Positions 9,717 to 19,799 are shown, counted from the stretch's first letter. The stretch: DNA of 64,000 nucleotides from Candidatus Hydrogenedentota bacterium (GCA_963674865.2 CAXXYE010000008.1:160001-224000), one strand, 5' to 3'. Made by a program: numbers and translations. The notes: generated from the sequence alone by a model not told the origin.

Positions 9717-12065
9717 ATGAACACGACATGCAATCGCGCCCAGAGCATCCTATGCCGGGCCGTTGGCGTTTTGGCGTGCGTCGTGCTGCTGACGGGCTGC
9801 GCGGCCATGCGCGCCGCCACGCAGAGGCCGGCTGGCCCCGCGGCGGGACAAGGTGGCCTCCCGCCGCTTGCGGCGCGCTGGGATCCGAGGGACGCTCAGG
9901 TGGGCGTGGCGGCTATGCCTTTCCCAAAAGACGCGCCCATCCTGGCCCGCGCCGGCCTGGAACTCCTCCAGGTTAACGACGTCTTGCTTCAGAAGCAGGT
10001 GCTTTCTCCCAACGGCCTCGCGCCTCCCGAACGCGCCATCCTCCGCTGGATCGACGACACCCTGCCTGATGTGCTCACCGGCGATGTGGCCTATCCACGC
10101 GATCTGCCCCAGGATGCCGGTTGGACATGGCGCTACCGGCTCGTCGAGGAGAGCGCGGAGGAGGTGCCGTGGCTCCCGGCGATGCGGAACGTGCCGCTGG
10201 ACAAGACCGAATACGAGATGTACCAGCTCGATCTCGAGCACGGCGGCGACACTCTCGGCGTCCGCATGGGCCTGCGCCTCAACGACCGCATCTACTGGTG
10301 GCAATTCATCCGCGCCGATTTTCTCCAACGCGGGCCGGTATTCGACCTCCTGCGCGTCGGCGGGCCCATCTACAATGAGGAGAGCACCATCCAGGCCGAT
10401 CTCTACCTGATCCTGTATGCCAACGGCCTCATCGAAGCCTACGCCCACTTCATCAACAACCAGCGCGAAGGAGTCGGCACCGAGGCCCACGGCATACCGG
10501 TAGTCGCCTTCGACCTACCGGACAAGCCGGCCGTTGACAACACCTTGGACGGAACGCGCGCCGTCTTCGACGTCGGCTCGCACCGGATCAGTCTCGGCCA
10601 ATGCGCCGCCTACGCCGATGCGCAGCGCCCCGGCGCTCTGCGTACGGAAGATGGCCTGGTGGTTTTGCAGGCCTGGATGGATCAGGAGATCTGGGGCGAG
10701 TTGCTCTGCGAGTACGAAGGTATTCCCGAAGAGAACATCGTGCCGGAGAAAGGCCGCAGCGGCACGGGCGATGGATTCTGGGTGGCCAAGCTCGGTGGAC
10801 GGACGATTCCGAGAGGAATGGCGCGCACCCTGCGCTTCACCATGAGCCCAGGCGATATGTCCCCCGAGGTCGTGCGCTATGACGCTCCTGGCTGGTGGCA
10901 TGCGCAGACAGGCGCATTGCCGACGCAAGGCTATCTGCCCACGGAATGGTGGGCTGTGCCGCGCGCCCTTGAGGTCGGCGGCGAAGGATACTTCACGCCC
11001 CACCCCCGGCACGGCCCCTTCGAACTCGGCTGCAGCGGCCGCGATCAAGACGGCACCCTCGGCGCAGCCATGCTGATGTTAGGCTACACCACGGGCGAAA
11101 CCCGATTCTGCACCCACGCCCTGCTCTCGGCCTATTGGTGGGCGGACATCGCCACCGACCACGTGGACTTCACCGTCCACGAGTTGCCGAAATACAGTTG
11201 GCAGTGGATTGTCCAGCCCTACATGCGCTGGACGGAACTCGTCTATGCCTACTGGGAAACCGGCGATCCCTACTTGCTCGAAACCGCCAAGTTCACCGCC
11301 GATGCCTACTATCGGTTCTTCTGGACAAACCGTCCCCACCGTTTCGTCGGCCGCGACGCTCTGCCTTGTTCCGGACTTCTGGCCCTCTGGCAAGCGACGG
11401 GCCAGTACATGTACCTCCAAAGGATGGGGGAGATCATCGCCGAGGGGCGCCGCTCCTATGGGCAGACGGATGACTACTGGCCCGGACATCAGTCCGGCTG
11501 CGGGCCGAACGGCGTGGCCCGGCAGCCCAGCTACGATTACATCCCCATGGTGCTGGCGCGCGTACAGACTCAGTACCTTGAGGCAATGAAGGGGCGTTGG
11601 CGTAGCGATGAAGAAGCCGGCTGGGACTTCATCCGCTCCATGCTCGAGCTTGTGGACAGCCACGAGAAGGGCGATTGGGCCAAGCGGGCCGTGGATCTAT
11701 CCTACTTCCCCTTCATCGCCATGGCCGAACACTTTCCCGACGAGGCCGACTACTGGCTCGATATGATGAACCGCTGGAACGCCGAGATGGAAATGCCCGA
11801 TACCCACGACGGTGGCAAGGCCTATTCGTGGGTGATGAGCGCCATCCGCTTCGACGCCTGGGCCTGGGGCGCGCGCTGGGAGGACGGCACGCTAGTCCTT
11901 TCTCCAAGCACGAAGCTCCTCGAAGATCCCCGTGCCCCTGAGACCGCCCGTATCTGGACCCCCGAAGGCTGGGTGACACTCGCCTATGCCAACGGCGAGG
12001 CCCGCGCCGTCAGTCCGAAAGGCTTCCCGGTGGAAGTTGCATCAAATCGCGAGGGCGCCCATTGA
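9717..12065 (+). CDS. Large hypothetical lipoprotein
   Basis: LLTGC lipobox; long ORF with typical codon usage; GGAGG upstream; no family recognised. Confidence 0.7.
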   Translation: MNTTCNRAQSILCRAVGVLACVVLLTGCAAMRAATQRPAGPAAGQGGLPPLAARWDPRDAQVGVAAMPFPKDAPILARAGLELLQVNDVLLQKQVLSPNGLAPPERAILRWIDDTLPDVLTGDVAYPRDLPQDAGWTWRYRLVEESAEEVPWLPAMRNVPLDKTEYEMYQLDLEHGGDTLGVRMGLRLNDRIYWWQFIRADFLQRGPVFDLLRVGGPIYNEESTIQADLYLILYANGLIEAYAHFINNQREGVGTEAHGIPVVAFDLPDKPAVDNTLDGTRAVFDVGSHRISLGQCAAYADAQRPGALRTEDGLVVLQAWMDQEIWGELLCEYEGIPEENIVPEKGRSGTGDGFWVAKLGGRTIPRGMARTLRFTMSPGDMSPEVVRYDAPGWWHAQTGALPTQGYLPTEWWAVPRALEVGGEGYFTPHPRHGPFELGCSGRDQDGTLGAAMLMLGYTTGETRFCTHALLSAYWWADIATDHVDFTVHELPKYSWQWIVQPYMRWTELVYAYWETGDPYLLETAKFTADAYYRFFWTNRPHRFVGRDALPCSGLLALWQATGQYMYLQRMGEIIAEGRRSYGQTDDYWPGHQSGCGPNGVARQPSYDYIPMVLARVQTQYLEAMKGRWRSDEEAGWDFIRSMLELVDSHEKGDWAKRAVDLSYFPFIAMAEHFPDEADYWLDMMNRWNAEMEMPDTHDGGKAYSWVMSAIRFDAWAWGARWEDGTLVLSPSTKLLEDPRAPETARIWTPEGWVTLAYANGEARAVSPKGFPVEVASNREGAH

Positions 12066-12108
12066 TGCCGGTGTGCATTACAGAAAGTTCTCCGAGGCGG
12101 GTGTAGCG

Positions 12109-12861
12109 ATGGCTCAGACGAAGCTGCCCGTAGGCAAGTCGGTGCGCGTGTCCATGCTTGTGGCGGGACTCGCGCTGTGCTTCCTTGCCTACATCTACAG
12201 AGCCCAGTTCCGCGCACTGGTGCTGCCGGGAGTCTTCACCGTCTCGGGGCGTGTGCATCAATACGGCGAAGTTGTTGAAGCGCGTTTGGCCTCGGATTTC
12301 GAGCGGGCCGAGTTGCCCTACCCGCCCGCGAAGATGATTCTCGTTGCTCTGAAGCGGGAGATGAAGATCGAGGTATGGGCGGCGGCGGCCGAAGGGCGTT
12401 TCAAGCTCGTGCGCACCTATCCCATTCTGGCGGCGAGCGGAACGCTCGGGCCAAAGCTGCGGGAAGGCGATAGGCAGGTTCCGGAGGGCGTGTATCGCGT
12501 CGAGTCGCTGAATCCGAACAGCGCTTTCCATCTTGCATTGCGCCTGAATTATCCGAACGCATTTGATCGAGCAAAGGCCCAACTCGATGGGCGGAGCGAT
12601 CTCGGCTCGGACATCATGATCCACGGGCCGTCATCCTCCATCGGCTGCTTGGCGGTGACCGAGGAAGCGGCCGAGGATCTATTCGTCCTGGCGGCCGAAA
12701 CGAGGCCTCGCAATATCGCCGTGATTATCAGTCCGCTGGATCTCAGGAGTTTGGATGTGCCGAACGACGTGCCCAATCTGCCGGATTGGACTTCTGATCT
12801 CTACAACACCATCCGGGCTGCTCTGAAAGAGTTGGATAGAGGTTTTGAATCAACGGAGTGA
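12109..12861 (+). CDS. L,D-transpeptidase family protein (YafK/DpaA-like)
   Basis: GPK.REGD.QVPEG.Y, LNYPNAFD, IMIHG..SSIGC catalytic motif; N-terminal TM. Confidence 0.85.
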   Translation: MAQTKLPVGKSVRVSMLVAGLALCFLAYIYRAQFRALVLPGVFTVSGRVHQYGEVVEARLASDFERAELPYPPAKMILVALKREMKIEVWAAAAEGRFKLVRTYPILAASGTLGPKLREGDRQVPEGVYRVESLNPNSAFHLALRLNYPNAFDRAKAQLDGRSDLGSDIMIHGPSSSIGCLAVTEEAAEDLFVLAAETRPRNIAVIISPLDLRSLDVPNDVPNLPDWTSDLYNTIRAALKELDRGFESTE

Positions 12862-13008
12862 GCCGTGCCATACACAGCGGCTTGTGGAGCAGAGGTCGCC
12901 CTGCCGTCGGGCGCGTCGCTGCACGACGCGTCCGCGCCTGCGCGATAGTGTACACTGGAGACGTACGCGTGCTATTATGCACAACGTGGCACAAACGGGG
13001 ATCACGGC

Positions 13009-14172
13009 ATGCCAACTCTTCAAGTATGCTTCAGGCGCCATTGGCGCGGCTTCATCTTCCTCGGGGCGGCAATCGCCGTTGCCCCGGTGCTCTCCTGCCG
13101 CAGCGATCCGCCGCCGCCCCCCCTCGATAAGACCTTCGACGGCAATACGCGCGATCTTCGGCAAACTCAGGTTGCTCCCACGCTCGATACGCCTATGGAA
13201 GAGGGGAAGAACGTCGTGTGGTGTGCCACCTTCGCCGCGGGATGGAAGAAGTTCCAAGAGGATGTCTTGGATGAACCGGTAGCGCTGGAGGGCGCCGACG
13301 CTGCCTGCGCCCGGCTGAACGCGGCGCCGAATCCCGAAGCGGATCTTCCTGAGGGCGATCACTACACGGCTGCGGGCTGGGAAGACCAAGGCATTGTCGG
13401 CAAGGTTCATCAAGACATGGCCAAGCTCTTCCCCCAGAAGCGGGCGCCGACCTTCCCCGGCATCATTCCAGGCTCTTTTCTTATGTATGCGTACCTGGAC
13501 ACTGGCGTCCCGTTCACTATTCCCTACTTCGAGAGCCGTGAGCCCCTTGTGTTTGTTGACAGCGCCGGCAGAGCCACGCAGATTAGGGCCTTCGGACTGC
13601 GCCAATCCGATACGGATCGCTACTATTCGCTCAGAAAACAAGCCCATGTCCTTTTTGCCACAGTCGAGGAGACTGAAGATACGCGCGCGGCCAAGGAATT
13701 TGCCATCGATCTCTGCCGCGACTCGACGCCGAATCAGCTTGTGTTCGCACGTGTCGAACCTAAGGGGACGCTGGCCTCGACGCTGAAGACTATCGAAGAG
13801 AAGAGCCGCGCCTTTCAGGAGGGGCGGCCCGAGAAAGGATTAGGAGGCGAGGACTCGCTTCTCGTACCGGACATGTTCTGGCGGCTCGATCATCACTTCG
13901 CCGAGTTTGAGGATAGACCGTTCAAGAACACGCGATTAGGCCATCAGGCCATGAGCGTGGCCCGCCAGGATATCCAGTTCCGAATGGATCGCAGCGGCGC
14001 GGAACTGTCGTCAGAAGCTGAGGCGTACAACTATTCGACCCTGGGAGTTACCTATACCGGCGAAGGCCCCTTCCTGATCTACATCAAGAAGCGCGGAGCG
14101 AAGCAGCCCTTCTTCGCCCTCTGGATCGATAACGCCGAACTGCTCCAGCCATGGCCGAGTGGTAAAGAGTAG
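13009..14172 (+). CDS. Serpin-like lipoprotein, copy 1
   Basis: VLSC lipobox; C-terminal QDIQFRMDRSGAELSSEA...GPFLIYIK...PFFALWIDN resembles the serpin s5A-hinge-RCL-s1C/s4B pattern. Confidence 0.6.
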   Translation: MPTLQVCFRRHWRGFIFLGAAIAVAPVLSCRSDPPPPPLDKTFDGNTRDLRQTQVAPTLDTPMEEGKNVVWCATFAAGWKKFQEDVLDEPVALEGADAACARLNAAPNPEADLPEGDHYTAAGWEDQGIVGKVHQDMAKLFPQKRAPTFPGIIPGSFLMYAYLDTGVPFTIPYFESREPLVFVDSAGRATQIRAFGLRQSDTDRYYSLRKQAHVLFATVEETEDTRAAKEFAIDLCRDSTPNQLVFARVEPKGTLASTLKTIEEKSRAFQEGRPEKGLGGEDSLLVPDMFWRLDHHFAEFEDRPFKNTRLGHQAMSVARQDIQFRMDRSGAELSSEAEAYNYSTLGVTYTGEGPFLIYIKKRGAKQPFFALWIDNAELLQPWPSGKE

Positions 14173-14310
14173 ACTACATTCCAGACCTCTGCGACTCCCC
14201 CGGAGTAGGGATTTCGACCCGCTTGTCGGCTGCTCCGGCTGCCCCGATAGCATGCACTGCAAAAGTATACGTGCTATTATGCGTGACGTAGCGCAAAGGA
14301 GGATGACGGT

Positions 14311-15474
14311 ATGCCGAATCTTCACGTATGCTCCAGGCGCCACTGGCGTGTCTTCGTCTTCTGTGGGGCGGGAATCGCCGTTGCGCTCATGCTTTCCTGC
14401 CGTAGCGATCCACCCGCGCCGCCGCTCGATAAGACCTTAGACGGCAATACAAGTGATCTCCGGCAAACTCAGATTGTTCCCACCCTCGACACGCCCATGG
14501 AGGAGGGGAAGAACGTCGTGTGGTGTGCCACCTTCGCGGCGGGATGGAAGAAGTTCCAAGAGGATGTCTTGAATGAACCGGTAGCGCTGGAGGGCGCCGA
14601 CGCTGCCTGCGCCCGGCTGAACGCGGCGCCGAATCCCGAAGCGGATCTTCCTGAGGGCGATTACTACACGGCTGCGGGCTGGGAAGACCAAGGCATCATC
14701 GGCAAGGTTCATCAAGACATGGCCAACCTGTTTCCCCAGAAGCCGGAGCCGACCTTCGCCGGTATCATTCCAGGCTCCTTTCTGATGTACGCGTACCTTG
14801 ACACTGGCGTCCCGTTCACTATTCCCTACTTCGAGAGCCGTGAGCCCCTTGTGTTTGTTGACAGCGCCGGCAAAGTCACGCAGATCAGATCCTTCGGATT
14901 GCGCGAAGCCGATAGGGACCGGTATGGCCCGCTCAGGCAGCAGGCACGCGTTCTCTTTGCCGTCATTGAGGAGACTGAAGATACACGTGTGGCCAACGAA
15001 TTCGCCATCGATCTCTGCCGCGACTCGGCGCCGAATCAACTCGTGTTTGCGCGCGTGGAATCCAAGGGCAACTTGGCCTCGACGCTGAAGACTATCGAAG
15101 AGAAGATCCGAGCATTTCAGGAAGAGTGGCCCGACATGGGCCTGGGAGGAGAGGACCTGCTTCTCGTGCCGGACATGTTCTGGCGGCTCGAGCATCATTT
15201 CGCCGAGTTCGAGGGGAAATCCTTCAAGAACACGCACCTGAGCCAACAAGACATGACCGTGGCCCGCCAGGATATCCAATTCCGAATGGATCGCAGCGGC
15301 GCGGAACTGTCGTCAGAAGCTGAGGCCCACTGGCCGTCTGCCCAAGGCGGGACCTATACCGGCGAGGGGCCCTTCCTGATCTACATCAAGAAGCGCGGAG
15401 CGAAGCAGCCCTTCTTCGTTCTCTGGATCGACAACGCCGAACTGCTCCAGCCATGGCCGAGTGAAAATCGGTAG
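14311..15474 (+). CDS. Serpin-like lipoprotein, copy 2 (tandem paralog)
   Basis: Same length (387 aa) as 13009..14172 with long identical DNA stretches; upstream regions also similar. Confidence 0.6.
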   Translation: MPNLHVCSRRHWRVFVFCGAGIAVALMLSCRSDPPAPPLDKTLDGNTSDLRQTQIVPTLDTPMEEGKNVVWCATFAAGWKKFQEDVLNEPVALEGADAACARLNAAPNPEADLPEGDYYTAAGWEDQGIIGKVHQDMANLFPQKPEPTFAGIIPGSFLMYAYLDTGVPFTIPYFESREPLVFVDSAGKVTQIRSFGLREADRDRYGPLRQQARVLFAVIEETEDTRVANEFAIDLCRDSAPNQLVFARVESKGNLASTLKTIEEKIRAFQEEWPDMGLGGEDLLLVPDMFWRLEHHFAEFEGKSFKNTHLSQQDMTVARQDIQFRMDRSGAELSSEAEAHWPSAQGGTYTGEGPFLIYIKKRGAKQPFFVLWIDNAELLQPWPSENR

Positions 15475-15516
15475 AGCAAGGCCCATCGCGTCCTTCTGCC
15501 CTGCATCGCGCAGACT

Positions 15517-16722
15517 TCAGGCCAGGTGTTCTGCGATGCGGTCGAGCAGGACTTGGGCGAGTTCATCCTTGGTGAGGAGGTCGAGTTCATCAACACTGCC
15601 GTCGGCGTCGATGATGGCGGCGCGGGTGGTATCCGTCCCGAAATCGGATCCCGCTTCGCCGATCTGATTGGCGACGATGAAGTCCAGGTTCTTCCTTCTG
15701 AGCTTCTGTGTGGCGTTTCGGATGAGATCGCTCGTCTCGGCGGCAAATCCGACCAGCACCTGCCCCGGCCGCTTCGCTTCGCCGAGCCCGGCGAGGATGT
15801 CGGGATTCTCGGTGAGAGTGAGGGTGACCGGCTGGCCGTCGCGCTTGTGCTTCTCGGACGAGGGGCTTTCGACGCGGTAGTCGGCGACCGCGGCCGCTCC
15901 GACGACGATGTCCGCATTCTGGGCGAGAGACTTTACCGCGAGGCCCATCTCGTTGGCCGTCTTCACGTTAACGACTTCCGCGCCGTGCGGGGGCGCCACG
16001 TTCGCGGGGCCGGTGATGACGGTTACCACGGCGCCCCGGGCCAGGGCCTCCAACGCGAGGGCGCGGCCCATCTTGCCGGACGAGCGATTCCCGATGTAGC
16101 GCGCCGGATCGATGGCCTCGTGATTCGCCCCGCTCGTGATGAGGACGCGTTTCCCAGCGAGGTCATCCCGGCCCGAAACCAGCGGCGCAGCCGCCTCGAT
16201 GACCGTCATCGGCTCGATCAAGCGGCCCGGCCCCTCCGTTCCGCAGGCCAAGCGGCCCGACCCCGGGCCGACGAACCGGCAACCGCGCGTCCGGAGCGTC
16301 TCGATGTTGGCTTGCGTGGCAGGGTGCGTGTACATGTTCGTGTTCATGGCCGGCGCGAACAGGATGGGCGCGCGCGTGGCCAAGAGCGTGGTGCTGAGCC
16401 AGTCGTCGGCGATGCCGTGGGCGGCTTTGGCCAGGATATTGGCGGTGGCGGGGGCGATGAGGAACAAGTCGGCGCGTGTGGCAACGGCGATGTGTTCGAC
16501 CTCGGGATTCTGGAGGGGCTCGAACATCTCGATGATGGCCCGGTTGCCCGTGATGGCTTCCAGAGTCGCCGGCCCGATCAGTGCCCGCGCCGAATGCGTC
16601 AGCACCGGCGTTACACGGGCGCCGAATTCGACGAGACGCGACGCGATTTCGCACGCCTTATAGGCGGCGATGGACCCCGTCACGCCAAGGACGATTTCCT
16701 TATTCGAGAAAATCTTCTTCAT
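15517..16722 (-). CDS. coaBC: Phosphopantothenoylcysteine decarboxylase/synthetase
   Basis: GVTGSIAAYK, APATAN, PAMN..M, LACG..G.GR, N.SSGKMG, AAVADY, GFAAET. Confidence 0.95.
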   Translation of the reverse strand: MKKIFSNKEIVLGVTGSIAAYKACEIASRLVEFGARVTPVLTHSARALIGPATLEAITGNRAIIEMFEPLQNPEVEHIAVATRADLFLIAPATANILAKAAHGIADDWLSTTLLATRAPILFAPAMNTNMYTHPATQANIETLRTRGCRFVGPGSGRLACGTEGPGRLIEPMTVIEAAAPLVSGRDDLAGKRVLITSGANHEAIDPARYIGNRSSGKMGRALALEALARGAVVTVITGPANVAPPHGAEVVNVKTANEMGLAVKSLAQNADIVVGAAAVADYRVESPSSEKHKRDGQPVTLTLTENPDILAGLGEAKRPGQVLVGFAAETSDLIRNATQKLRRKNLDFIVANQIGEAGSDFGTDTTRAAIIDADGSVDELDLLTKDELAQVLLDRIAEHLA

Positions 16723-16924
16723 CGCTGCCGCCGGTTCGATACGAAACCTTGCCGTCGAGAATCTCCTCGAGGGCGGCGGTGGTGGGCTTCTTCTGGCTAC
16801 CGCCTGCGAGAAGCGAACGCGCGTCCGGCCGGTTGAGTTGCTTGGCCCGGTGGGCCGCTATCACGACGAGCCGATACAGGCTGTCGATCCTGTTTTCGAA
16901 CTGCTCAATTGACAATTGATCCAT
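16700..16924 (-). CDS. rpoZ: RNA polymerase omega subunit
   Basis: S.YRLVVIAAHRAKQL, KPTTAALEEI; gmk-rpoZ-coaBC synteny. Confidence 0.9.
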   Translation of the reverse strand: MDQLSIEQFENRIDSLYRLVVIAAHRAKQLNRPDARSLLAGGSQKKPTTAALEEILDGKVSYRTGGSDEEDFLE

Positions 16925-16946
16925 GGATGGCTACTCCCAAACGCTG

Positions 16947-17528
16947 TTATTCTTCTGATGCATCATGCCTATTCCGGCGCAGAATCCGCTCCAATTCCTG
17001 AACGGCTTCCACCACCGTGTCGTTGACAATCACGTGGTCATACTCGCCGCGCGCCGCCATCTCCTCTTCGGCGTTGCGCAGCCGCAGGGCAATCTCCTCC
17101 GGGTGGTCGGTTCCGCGTTCGCGCAACCGGCGGCCCAGCTCCTCCAGAGACGGCGGCGCGATGAAGATAGTGACCGCATCCGGATACACCGCCTTGACGC
17201 TCCTCATGCCCTGCACGTCCAACTCAAGGATCACGTCGCTGCCCGACGCGATGAGGCGCTCCAATTCCTCGCGGAGCGTACCGTAATGGTAGCCGTGGAC
17301 GTTGGCCCACTCGACAAAGTCGCCCGCATCGACCCGCGCACGAAACGCGTCCTCGCTCAGGAAGCAATAGTCCCTCCCGGGCACCTCACCGGGCCGCGGC
17401 GGACGCGTCGTCGCCGACACGCTGTATTCTAGCCCTTCGTTGCGCTCGAAGACCTCATGAAGCAACGTGTGCTTGCCGGCGCCCGAAGGCGCTGAGACGA
17501 CGTAGACTTTGGGAGTTGCTGCCGGCAT
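16947..17528 (-). CDS. gmk: Guanylate kinase
   Basis: SAPSGAGK, SVSATTRPPRPGE, YGT, ELDVQG, FIAPPS. Confidence 0.95.
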   Translation of the reverse strand: MPAATPKVYVVSAPSGAGKHTLLHEVFERNEGLEYSVSATTRPPRPGEVPGRDYCFLSEDAFRARVDAGDFVEWANVHGYHYGTLREELERLIASGSDVILELDVQGMRSVKAVYPDAVTIFIAPPSLEELGRRLRERGTDHPEEIALRLRNAEEEMAARGEYDHVIVNDTVVEAVQELERILRRNRHDASEE

Positions 17529-17538
17529 CGGCGTTCGT

Positions 17539-18417
17539 CTACTCGATATTCTGGACCTGTTCGCGGATTCTGTCCAGCTCGGCCTTTAGGACAAACACCT
17601 CTTTGGCGACGTCCGAGTCGCGGACTTTTACGCCGAGTGTGTTGATTTCGCGATGGATCTCCTGCGCGATGAAGTCCAGCCTCCGCCCTACAGGTTCGCC
17701 AAGCTCAAGCAAGTCGATGGCGTGATCCAGGTGCGTACGCAGGCGAAGCAGCTCTTCCGTAACATCGCCTTTCTCGGCCATGACCGCCACTTCCATGGCG
17801 ACGCGATCCTCGGCTACGGCCGGCTCCAGGCGAAGCTCTTCGATCCGAGTCCGCAGCCGCTGCTCATACAACGCGTTGACCTCCGGCAGATGCGCCTCGA
17901 TATGCTCGAGCGTAGCGCGTATCTCGCCCGCGCGCCCCGCCACTTCCTCGGCCAGCGCCTTGCCCTCTTTCTCCCGCATGGCGATCATCATGGTGAGGGC
18001 GTCTTCCACCGCGTCCGTGACGACCTCCTTGGCCCCTTCCAGGTCCTCTTCAGGCTCTTCCAGGCTGAACACGCCGTCGAGTCGGGCCAGAACATCCACC
18101 GAGAGGGGCTGATCCGAGCCCATCAGGCGGCCGAGGCCCCGCGCCGCGTCGACATAATCCCGCGCAAGCTCGACATCGAACCGCACCCGCGCGCCGGAGG
18201 ATTCGCCGCGCTTCCGGCTCACCGTGACATTGATCTTGCCGCGGGCGGCACGTGCCTTCACGCGCTGCCGGATCTCGTACTCGAGCGCCGACCACGAGCT
18301 AGGCAACCGAACGCCGCAGTCGAGATATCGGTGATTCACCGCGTTCAGCTCGACGGTTATGGCATCCTGATTGAATTGCCGTGTCGCCTTGCCGAACCCA
18401 GTCATACTACGCGCCAT
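17539..18417 (-). CDS. yicC: YicC/YloC family endoribonuclease
   Basis: SMTGFG, VNHRYLD, GRRLDF..QE..REINT, IREQVQNIE. Confidence 0.92.
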   Translation of the reverse strand: MARSMTGFGKATRQFNQDAITVELNAVNHRYLDCGVRLPSSWSALEYEIRQRVKARAARGKINVTVSRKRGESSGARVRFDVELARDYVDAARGLGRLMGSDQPLSVDVLARLDGVFSLEEPEEDLEGAKEVVTDAVEDALTMMIAMREKEGKALAEEVAGRAGEIRATLEHIEAHLPEVNALYEQRLRTRIEELRLEPAVAEDRVAMEVAVMAEKGDVTEELLRLRTHLDHAIDLLELGEPVGRRLDFIAQEIHREINTLGVKVRDSDVAKEVFVLKAELDRIREQVQNIE

Positions 18418-18535
18418 CGGTGTGTTTCCCTCTTATTTAACCAGAAGCGAGATTATACGAAAAAATCGCCTGTTATGGCAACTTCTGTGCCTCCCGCAAT
18501 CGCCGGATAACTCAGCGGTGCCGCGCAAAGACAGA

Positions 18536-18703
18536 TCAGCTCCCCCCGAACAAGGCCATGACACGCGAGACGGCTTCATCCACGGCGGGGGCATTCGCAC
18601 GGTAGAACACGGCGGAGAAGCGGATGAGGTAAAACGCCGTCGTGCCGAATATCCACACGCCGGCGAGGGCAACCCCGAATCGCCTCCACGCGGCCCTACT
18701 CAT
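18536..18703 (-). CDS. Small membrane protein (55 aa), not in ORF track
   Basis: MSRAAWRRFGVALAGVWIFGTTAFYLIRFSAVFYR...; start overlaps the DUF2304 stop; one hydrophobic helix. Confidence 0.45.
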   Translation of the reverse strand: MSRAAWRRFGVALAGVWIFGTTAFYLIRFSAVFYRANAPAVDEAVSRVMALFGGS

Positions 18704-19058
18704 CGCCCTTGCCTTCTGGTTGCTCGAGCGCGTTGGCTAACAAAGCGACCTCCTGCGTAAGCTCGCGGTTCCTTTCCACGAGCCGGGAGATCACAATGGA
18801 AAAACTGAGCAGCAGCGCAAGAATGAACAGAAAAGCCGCCAGAAACATGACGGTAACAAACTGCAATCGCGTCCATTCCGCGAACTTCACGATCAGCATC
18901 GGAAACACGCCCACCAGCAGCCCGAACGCCGACGTGGCCAGCCACAGCAGCGCGTAGCGCTCCTTCAATAGTCCGCGCCGAACCAATTCGAGTACGACAA
19001 GCAGGAGCAGGATACTTAGCACCAGGAGCGCCAGTCGGTGGGACGTGTAAATGGCCAT
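18696..19058 (-). CDS. DUF2304 family membrane protein
   Basis: LVRR..LKERYALLW, SRL.ERNRELTQEVALL; follows a GT2 gene as is typical. Confidence 0.85.
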   Translation of the reverse strand: MAIYTSHRLALLVLSILLLLVVLELVRRGLLKERYALLWLATSAFGLLVGVFPMLIVKFAEWTRLQFVTVMFLAAFLFILALLLSFSIVISRLVERNRELTQEVALLANALEQPEGKGDE

Positions 19059-19076
19059 GTGCTCTGCCCCTTTTCT

Positions 19077-19799
19077 CTAGATGTCCTCGGGCGCCCGCGT
19101 GAATTTCCGAAAGAGATCGACGAATATCGCCAACGCGACCTTGGCCATATAATACGCCGCGTGCGGCGGCCGGATGCTCGTTCGCCCGCCCTGGCGCGGC
19201 TGCATCGTCACGGATACTTCGGCCGCCCGCAGGCCGGACTTGTGCAAGATGACGAGCGACTCGGCTTCCGGATAATCATCCGGGTAGTGCCGGGCAAACG
19301 TCGCGATAACCTTCCGATTGCAGGCCCGGAACCCGCTCGTCGTATCCGTGATCCCGCCGCCGATGAGGCCGTCGATCAGCCGTGACAGGATCGACTTGCC
19401 GACCCGCCGGCTCATGGAAGGCGCGTAACCTGTGTCGACCACGTACCGCGAACCGATGATCAGATCCGCCTTGTCTGCTTCGATGTGTTCGATCAGCCGG
19501 GATAGCTCATCCACGGGGTGTTGCCCGTCCGCGTCGCATTGCACGGCAATGTCGTAACCCTTACGTAGAGCGTACTTATAGCCGGTTTGCACGGCGGCGC
19601 CGATGCCCAAGTTGTACGGCAGGCGAATGAGGGCGACGCCCGGCGCCCGCGCCACAGCCGCCGCGGTGTCATCTCCCGAGCCGTCGTCAACGACGACCAC
19701 ATCGTAGTCAGGGACAGCCTCCCGCAGCCGGGCCAGCACCTGCGGTATGGCCTCCGCCTCGTTGTAGGCGGGGATGATAACCAATACCCTCCTGTTCAC
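19077..19799 (-). CDS. GT2 glycosyltransferase (polyprenol-phosphate sugar synthase-like)
   Basis: IIPAYNE, VDDGS.D, NLGIG.AVQTG, DADGQH, GSR, DTTSGFRA; GTG start overlapping upstream stop. Confidence 0.88.
   Translation of the reverse strand: MNRRVLVIIPAYNEAEAIPQVLARLREAVPDYDVVVVDDGSGDDTAAAVARAPGVALIRLPYNLGIGAAVQTGYKYALRKGYDIAVQCDADGQHPVDELSRLIEHIEADKADLIIGSRYVVDTGYAPSMSRRVGKSILSRLIDGLIGGGITDTTSGFRACNRKVIATFARHYPDDYPEAESLVILHKSGLRAAEVSVTMQPRQGGRTSIRPPHAAYYMAKVALAIFVDLFRKFTRAPEDI

Noticed and set aside
14026..15351. Diversity-generating retroelement behind the variable loop
   Set aside because: Differences are not confined to adenines, and no reverse transcriptase or template repeat is present in the window.
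18501..18530. tRNA-like start (gccggataactcagcggt)
   Set aside because: No anticodon arm, T-loop (GTTCGA) or acceptor pairing follows.
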